Positions 61,688 to 64,000 of a stretch of DNA of 64,000 bases are shown here, piece by piece. The notes under the pieces are model-generated. The model was not told the origin of the DNA, searched no databases, and was given only the letters and a program-made list of their open reading frames with translations. This DNA comes from Microthyrium microscopicum (Eukaryota). The stretch's first letter is position 1. Every line of letters begins with the position of its first letter. The stretch lies in assembly GCA_010405405.1 (NCBI GenBank), contig MU004231.1, positions 4,080,884 through 4,144,883 of the forward strand. Direction: 5' to 3'. The position numbers and the translations under genes are program-made.

Positions 61688-61917
61688 CCGCAGAGAATTT
61701 TCGAGATGCAACATTAATTAGCCTCTTTTAGTTTAGTGCAATAATAATTTTCACCAATTATAGATCGTAGCACTACTCTTTATAATCACATGCTGGTTCC
61801 ATAAAAGGACATTCACAACCATAACTAGTTCACCCCCGAAAATTACTTCGTAGTAAGCATGAATTTGGAAGTCCCAAAAAGGCTTAATTAATGTTGCATC
61901 TCGAAAATTCTCTGCGG
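61688..61917. mobile_element. MITE (Tc1/mariner-pogo type): 230 bp, 33-bp perfect TIR, TA target-site duplication
   Basis: TA|CCGCAGAGAATTTTCGAGATGCAACATTAATTA at 61686-61720 and its exact reverse complement ending CTGCGG|TA at 61885-61919. AT-rich non-coding interior. Confidence 0.88.
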
Positions 61918-62290
61918 TATGAGCAGCATCGAAAACAACAAGGAAGAAGATTGATAGCATCATAGATAGCTTCTGTCATCTGTAATTTTCCCTGGAGGTA
62001 GCTGGGTACTAATCTCGTTTATAAGTTCCGACTGGAGCATTCGTGTGTATTAAACTCAGAATTGTCAACTACGTCGGTTGAGAGTCTCATCTCTCGACTT
62101 AGCATACAGGTCTCAAAATCTAGAGAGCTTCTTGCACGAAGATAATAGATCCTCAAACATGGTGAATCGCTTTGAGAGTTGGTGGCGAGACAAATGTAGG
62201 TTGGTGCATTTATACAGATGGTCTGTGACTAATATTGAAAACTTAACTTGTTGACGTGCCAGTATTTCTGTCAGTATAAATAGTCAGAGC

Positions 62291-62962
62291 TCAATCGTGA
62301 TGTTCCCAGGCAGGGAACATCAAGGAAGAGAGCCCGCCCCTGAATGGAACTGCCCATTTGAGAACATTGCCAGCAATTTTGACCCAACCTTCACCCCATT
62401 TGACCCAATTGATTTCCTTGTTAACCTTTGGAATCTCTTTCTCTTTCGGCATCTCTTGTCCAGGAATGTCATCTTTGCTTGGAGGATACTGATTGATACA
62501 AGTTTTAACTTGTATGTGATCTTGGTATATACATGTAGGCATCCAATTTACGGCCGCAATGCTTCTCCTGCTCAAAGCAGTTCCGTCATTTGGCTTCGCG
62601 GTGGCGTCGCGGGCAGCAGTGTTCACTGTGCCGTGGGTGGAGGTGATTATTGAAGTGAATTAGTCCAAGAGCTTTGGAGTAGACGTGGTATTGGACAACA
62701 CTGAACACGAAATGCGACTGGAGCAAGGCTAAGTTGCCATTCCATCATGCTGAGGAACAGACCAACGATCAACTGACGTCGGACGAGAAAACGATGGGGA
62801 CAACTTACAATCGGTCGTATCATCTCTGTTATCTATCGACGTACCCATCCCCTTCAGGGAAGTCATTGGATGGTGTATTGAGCCTTGCGGAACAGGTAAA
62901 GCCAAAGTAGTAACGGAAAGGAAACATACTGCTGAGATAAGTGAAGAAACAATTCGACGCAT
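62291..62962 (-). CDS. Small secreted hypothetical protein (two or more exons)
   Basis: Signal peptide MRRIVSSLISAVCFLSVTTLA|LPVP. Intron GTAAGT(62808)...GACTAAT...CAG(62626) joins in frame to the 62291-62625 ORF. Confidence 0.65.
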
Positions 62963-63711
62963 CTTGGCTTTGCGGGAAAGGATTTCAATTGGTTTATTCC
63001 ACTGAGCAATTGAGGTAAAAGTTGACAAGAAGAGACTGAAGGCTGCTGCTGAAGATGGTAATGCCTGTCTTTATAGACACCCGTCCTTCAGGGTGGAGAA
63101 GAGCAATACACAACTTGTATGACTCTCCCCATTATTTCTACATGATAATATCATGTTAGTCGACCAGTACCAAATACATTGAGTCCACCAAAGCATGGCA
63201 TGCTCCCATCGAATGTGATGTCGCCCAGTTGTATATCAACTGAAAGCGAGTGCCCGCTTTGGATCCCTTAAATCTAGTTAATACTCAAAAGTATTAACTA
63301 AATTCAAGTTGACCTACGGATCTCTTCTTTCAATCTGGTGATCCAAATTATTCAAACCGAGGTTGTACTTCGAAGCTGAATTCATCGTACGTTTGACCAT
63401 GCACTTCGAGCTCGATGCCGATGAACAAAATATCCAATTGCATTCTCACGTCCATGAACAACTCAAAGTATCCAATTTTCTGCCTTGATATTGATGCAGT
63501 TCAGCAGCGGTGACCTGTTGAAGGAAGAGATGAGGTAAAAGTCCAAGTTCCGAATCGCAACCCCCTGATTGGCCCGTGCCATTTTCAACATCATTCGACT
63601 TTCAACCTCCCAAATCTTCACCATTGTCCCATCTCTCCGAACCTCAATCGCCCACACGACCGGCCCTTCGACCCTAATCTCGCGCCTCTCCACTCCCTTA
63701 TCGCATTCGAA

Positions 63712-64000
63712 ATGTCCTCGCTGCACATTCTGCGCGCTGCTGCCCGCTGCAGCTTCAGACCGGCGGCTCGATTCACACCCGCGAGCAGACTGCTCGTGCA
63801 ACGTACACAGGTCAAGACATTCAGCGCTGTCGCACCGCTACGTAGCGCTGCACATGAGAATGAATCGTTCGAAGAGTTTTCAGAACGGTAGGACTGGGTT
63901 CTTGGAGTTTATGGGATAGCGTGCTGAATTGGAGATGTAGATACGAGAACGAGTTCAATGCGGTCAACGATGTTTTTGAGCTTCAGGTACGATATTCTTC
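63712..64000 (+). CDS. COX6: Cytochrome c oxidase subunit 6 (mammalian Va homologue), 5' part
   Basis: Presequence MSSLHILRAAAR..., then 'HENESFEEFSER' + intron + 'YENEFNAVNDVFELQ' + GTAC donor. Continues beyond the window. Confidence 0.92.

Overview
Intron-rich eukaryotic genomic DNA from a filamentous ascomycete (Pezizomycotina-like short GT-AG introns with CTAAC/CTGAC branch sites). About 30 protein-coding genes are supported. Housekeeping genes: PNKP, UTP25, eIF3f, COX18, ALG11, VAP/SCS2, asparagine synthetase, VDAC porin, a mitochondrial J-protein and the 5' part of COX6. Transporters: FUSC/ArAE-like, DAL5-like MFS, OPT and DHA1-like MFS. Secreted and carbohydrate-related genes: AA9 LPMO, GH16, carboxylesterase and an expansin-like RlpA protein. 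There is also a stand-alone DMATS prenyltransferase. An accessory-looking block at about 54.0-63.0 kb holds a HET-domain gene with an 18-bp minisatellite, a TetX-like monooxygenase, two secreted orphans and two unrelated ~230-bp foldback/MITE elements. The most unusual signals are: (1) a foldback element flanked by a 17-20-bp direct repeat; (2) a candidate stop-containing micro-exon upstream of the HET domain; (3) a three-helix RNA structure in the long porin intron; (4) an orphan poly-Asn, zinc-knuckle, UBA-like protein; and (5) a secreted precursor with a Trp/Lys amphipathic C-terminal peptide. No rRNA, tRNA or CRISPR array was seen. All calls come from manual motif reading, with no database searches.
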